This document shows, one piece after another, positions 60,232 through 64,000 of a stretch of 64,000 nt of DNA; position 1 is the first letter of the stretch, and every line of letters begins with the position of its first letter. The notes under the pieces are model-generated. The model saw nothing but the letters and a program-made list of their open reading frames with translations. It searched no databases and was not told where the DNA came from. Source of the DNA: an uncultured bacterium. Lineage in GTDB: Bacteria; Chloroflexota; UBA5177; JANWHV01. The position numbers and the translations under genes were made by a program. The stretch covers positions 160,001-224,000 of the forward strand of contig CAWHAE010000014.1 in assembly GCA_963827235.1 (NCBI GenBank), in the 5' to 3' direction.

Positions 60232-60542
60232 ATGCCCTCCCGATCCTGACTACTTGTCGTCACGTGGCAGGTCAGGCGCGGCCGTCTCCGCACGCCGTGA
60301 CTTCGGCAACCGATCGTACTGGCCAAACAGGTGCGAGCGTTCCCGGGATGCTTCCAGCGTAGGACACTAGACCAGCACTAGCGAGGCGTGCAGCACACCA
60401 TGTGTCCAAGGTACGTGGGCGAGTACAGTCCGTCCCACCCCGGCAGAATGAACCGGCGCGCATCCGACAACGCGATCAGGGCATCAGCTATTTGCCCCCG
60501 ATGTCCTTCCCGGTCGTGTGTCGCACCCGGACCCGCTCGTCG

Positions 60543-62006
60543 CTACGCGTGTTGGTACAACGACCAGCCCAAGTAGTTTGTCAACGCTTCGTGGACAGGC
60601 GCCGCGACGTTGGCTTGATTGATCGACACGTGGTGCTCGAAGCCATTCCGGCACATATAGCGCATGAGCTCCTGCAAGCGCGGCACCTTCACCACGCCGT
60701 AGCCGCCAAACGTCTGCAGTGGATCCGCCGTGAACTCACCTTCTCCCAGGTATCCGCGGATCGTACCCTGCGCGTCATCCGTAGTCACGCGGAGATAGGT
60801 GAACGGCGTGGCCCGCACGCGGCCGTAGATCGTGCCCGCCGTCCGATCGCGGCCGACGGTGTCCGAATAGACCGCCTGGAACTCCATCCGCGGCAGCACG
60901 TCCACGAACACCTTCTTGGGCAGATTCGAGCAATGGAACACGATAGCCTTGTCACGGTCGCGTCCATAGTTGTTGTTCCAGTCGACCAGGGCGCTTGGCT
61001 CTCCGGAGGCCAGGGCAAGCGCATACATTCCGACCGTGCCGGCGACGTCGGTCTCGCAGGCCGACGGCATCAGGCTGTTGCTGGCCATGCTCATCACTGT
61101 GCACGGCACAACGCCGAAGTTCTCCTGAAGGGAGCTCCAGCACTGAATCGCGGTAGCGTCCAGGGCAGCCTCCGTCATCCAGCGATCTACTACGACGCTG
61201 AGCTTGGCCATCTTGGTGATCGAGGACGCCGCTATCTGCTGCGTGTCCACGTAGGCCAAGATGATCTGCTGCTTGGCGACCACGTCGGGTTCCTGGTCGC
61301 CGAGACGGTCGATCCGGCCCAATACCTCGGACAGGTCGATCGTCTCCACGCTGATGCCGTGCCGCTCGAGAATCTTCTCGCTGAACCGCACTGTTTTGAA
61401 GTCCGTGGTCCGGGCACCCATCATGCCGACCCGCATACGCCGCAACCCTCGCACCACCCGGCATACTGCCACGAACTGCCGCAAGTCGGCGGCGAAGTCC
61501 TCGCTTTCCGGGTCCACCGTGTGCAGCTCCGTGAGAGAGTAGGGTATGCCGTACTGCTGCAGGTTGTTGCAGACACTCAGCTTGCCGCAGAAGCTGTCTC
61601 TTCTCTCCTGCGGACCCATGCTCTGCGGATCGTCGGGAAACGCATGCACCAGCACCGGGACGTTCAGACCCGAGAGGCGCAACGTGTCTGCCACTGCGCG
61701 CTCGTCGCCGAAGTTTGGCAGCGTCACGAGGACTCCGTCGATCTCGTCACGGTGTTGCCGGAGCTCGTTGGCCAGGACCTGCGCCTCCTGGAGCGACTGG
61801 ATGGCACCGTACTTGGTTGCGCCCTCGCCCGAGATCACCGTCTTGACGCCGGCTTTTGCCAGGACGTCCAGCATTGTCTTGCGTCCGCTCAGTGACAGGT
61901 GCCCCGGGAACGGGCCCCGATTACCCACGATGACGGCCAGCGTGACCGGACGAAGGGCCGGCGTTGTTCCTGTTATCTGCACCGGCTGCGCGACGACTGT
62001 ACTCAT
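60543..62006 (-). CDS. L-fucose/L-arabinose isomerase family protein
   Basis: PNFGDE, RDSFCGK, AIQCW, ACETD, FHCSN, TFGGYG, GFEHH. Confidence 0.87.
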   Translation of the reverse strand: MSTVVAQPVQITGTTPALRPVTLAVIVGNRGPFPGHLSLSGRKTMLDVLAKAGVKTVISGEGATKYGAIQSLQEAQVLANELRQHRDEIDGVLVTLPNFGDERAVADTLRLSGLNVPVLVHAFPDDPQSMGPQERRDSFCGKLSVCNNLQQYGIPYSLTELHTVDPESEDFAADLRQFVAVCRVVRGLRRMRVGMMGARTTDFKTVRFSEKILERHGISVETIDLSEVLGRIDRLGDQEPDVVAKQQIILAYVDTQQIAASSITKMAKLSVVVDRWMTEAALDATAIQCWSSLQENFGVVPCTVMSMASNSLMPSACETDVAGTVGMYALALASGEPSALVDWNNNYGRDRDKAIVFHCSNLPKKVFVDVLPRMEFQAVYSDTVGRDRTAGTIYGRVRATPFTYLRVTTDDAQGTIRGYLGEGEFTADPLQTFGGYGVVKVPRLQELMRYMCRNGFEHHVSINQANVAAPVHEALTNYLGWSLYQHA

Positions 62007-62089
62007 GACCTTGACCTTCCTCCCAGTGTTCCTTCACACCACAAGCGTAGATCGATTTGGCCGAGCCGCCGACCCACTGCCGGAAGCCG

Positions 62090-63050
62090 CTAGTCGCTGC
62101 CGGCGGTGCGCGCGTAGATCCAGGCAAGCACGAGATCCACCGTGCCGTACGGAACCTGCCTGAACGCCTCTTCCCCTTGTTAAGGAGATTGAGCAGACTG
62201 CCGAGCACGGTGAGAATGAGCACTCCCACTATGGTACCGCCATAGCCTCCGCTGCCGCCTAGAATCGAGGTACCGCCGATCACGACGCAGGCCACCAACT
62301 GCGAGAGGTGGGGCGTCGCGATGGCAGTGTCCACCGCTCCGAGTACCCGGCCAGCAGAAGACCTGCCATAGCGTTCATCAGACCGCTCAGCGTGTAAACG
62401 GCTAACTGCACCTGCCAGGTACGCACGCCTGCCGACTGGCTGGCCACCGGGTTCGCACCCGCGGCGTACACACATCGACCGAAGCCGGCAGCGCGGAGGA
62501 CAAGAATGGCGGCGACCACAAGCTCGGCCCAGACCACGATGGCAATCGGCACGTAGCTGAACCATTTCCAGACCCGGCCCGCCGAATAATCTCCGGCACG
62601 AGCGGCGCCGCAGAGGAGTTGGCGGCCCAGATCGTGATCGGGCCGGACAGCATGCCGCTCATGACGAGCGTCATGATCAACGGGGATACGCCGGATGATC
62701 CCACGCCGATGCCGTTGACGAGGCCGATAAGCACTACGATCAAGAGCGCCTCGATGGTTGTTCTCGGCGTGCTGACCAGGGCATTCTGCGACAGGAAATA
62801 CTCGGCGATGGGGGCGGTCACCGTGACCGGCAGGTCGATGCCGGTCGTGAGCACGACGAGCGTATGGCACGCCGCCAGCACGCCCAGGGAAACCGCGTGA
62901 TGGACAAGCTCAAGGCCGACAGGTAGCCCGGGCTGGCTATGTCGGTTGCGATGGCCAGGGCGACGAGCAATACGACGAGCACTACCAGCGGATACTCGCT
63001 CACCGGTCGCCGCAGGCGCGTCAGGCGATCGGGAATGGAGTCCGCGCTTC
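62090..63050 (-). pseudogene. Decayed RbsC-like monosaccharide ABC permease (boundaries approximate)
   Basis: Motifs spread over successive frames: LVVLTTGIDL, GLVNG, LIMTL / FGR.VYA.GANP.A...AGV / VVIGGTSI.GG.G...GTIVG / YG..LVLAWIY. Confidence 0.82.
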
Positions 63051-63723
63051 CACGATCGGCAACACGGTGGTGGTCAACGCGTTGAAGTGCCTGGTTGCCG
63101 CCGATCTGGCACGGCGCGGCCAACCTCCCCTGGTGCTGGCCGGAGCTTGGAGCGTGGGAGACCGGGCAGCAGTGCGCTTTGAGAAGACCGACGACGGCTA
63201 CCGTGACCGCGGGAATCTCGCGTATGGCGGCTAACCTTTCCCGGTACGCGGCCGTCTGTGCCGGGAACTGAGTCTGCCGTGAGCGGTCGCCACTCACCCG
63301 GTGCACAAGGAGGCACACGGTTGAGATGGAGGGGCCGGTGTGAACCGAGCTGCCTTCCGACCGCGGACCCCCCTCACGGGAGGCGTGACGTGCTCGTGGC
63401 CGGTTCCCGACGCACTTGCTGAATGTGGGACGCCGATCGAAGATCACATGCAGGGCGGCGACAGTGACTAGGCGTATGTGCGCGAATGCGGGCGGAACCC
63501 GCACAGCGTTCTTTGACCCGGGCGGTCGGCACTGTCCCTGGTTGCCGGAAGCCGCCTGCCAGCGGCGCATGAATCCCTTGCCGATAGGCTCTCCAGCGGT
63601 CAACGCGAGGCTATCGGTCGGCAATCGCGTGCAGGGGACGCCGGCGGCGCAGTCCATAGCAGCACTCAAGCGCGTGTTGGTACAAACGCTGAGAGCCCGC
63701 ATGCGGGCGATGGGAGCAGTGCT

Positions 63724-64000
63724 TTGAGCACAATTCGGACCGTCCTCGGCGACGTGCAGCCATTTGCATTCGGAGTCGTCCTGGCGCACGAGCACGCGAT
63801 CACGCGACCGCCGGCCGACCTCTCCGAGGAGGATTTGTGGCTGGACAATCCCGAGTTGTCGACGGCTGAGCTTACGTCCTACCGCGAAGCCGGTGGCAGT
63901 GCTATCGCCGAGATGACCACCGTCGACTACGGGCGCGATCTCGCCGCGCTGGCGACCCTGTCGCGTAGGTCCGGTGTCGGCATCGTCGCTGCCACCGGCT
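63724..64000 (+). CDS. Phosphotriesterase-family amidohydrolase, 3' truncated (not in the ORF track)
   Basis: Manual translation from TTG 63724: IRTVLGD, LAHEH, AGG.AI.EMT..DYGRD, IVAATG. Confidence 0.88.
   Translation, partial: MSTIRTVLGDVQPFAFGVVLAHEHAITRPPADLSEEDLWLDNPELSTAELTSYREAGGSAIAEMTTVDYGRDLAALATLSRRSGVGIVAATG

Noticed and set aside
60232-60542. 310-bp spacer inside the sugar cluster, possibly a gene remnant
   Set aside because: No recognisable motif in the frames I translated
60402-61895. Long antisense ORFs (also 37644..38654, 24202..25518, 40301..41611, 12569..13699)
   Set aside because: Shadow frames expected from high-GC codon bias opposite well-supported genes; no family motifs
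1-64000. CRISPR arrays, tRNA/rRNA, transposases, integrases, prophage or defence genes
   Set aside because: No regularly spaced repeats or diagnostic motifs seen by manual reading; a dedicated scan could still find weak cases

Overview
A GC-rich bacterial chromosomal window of mostly metabolic genes; gene styles suggest Chloroflexota or a related Terrabacteria lineage (inference only). In order: a partial GT4 glycosyltransferase; aroE-aroK-aroB; two intact ORFs that have lost catalytic residues (an alpha/beta-hydrolase and a TIM-barrel isomerase); IclR-iolB-iolD-ybaK-like; a GntR/LacI-controlled sugar ABC transporter with a GH38 alpha-mannosidase; an enolase-superfamily dehydratase; an MFS transporter; homospermidine synthase divergent from a Cys/Met PLP enzyme; a DUF362 Fe-S protein; ybaK; a cell-envelope block (two UPF0104/LPG-synthase-like membrane proteins and a clan-A glycoside hydrolase); a gamma-glutamylation amine-catabolism cluster; malQ; orphan hypAB; HD and TetR genes; a GH2 beta-mannosidase; a SWIM protein; gabD; a Dpp-type ABC system; a Gfo/Gfo/TIM-isomerase/fucose-isomerase-like sugar cluster with a decayed ABC permease; and a partial phosphotriesterase-like gene. 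Three otherwise intact genes carry single frameshifts, probably sequencing errors. I found no rRNA, tRNA, CRISPR array, transposase or integrase. The best novelty leads are the tandem pseudoenzymes, a ~250-nt structured intergenic element, the HSS/PLP-enzyme pair and hypAB without a client enzyme. None is proven from sequence alone.
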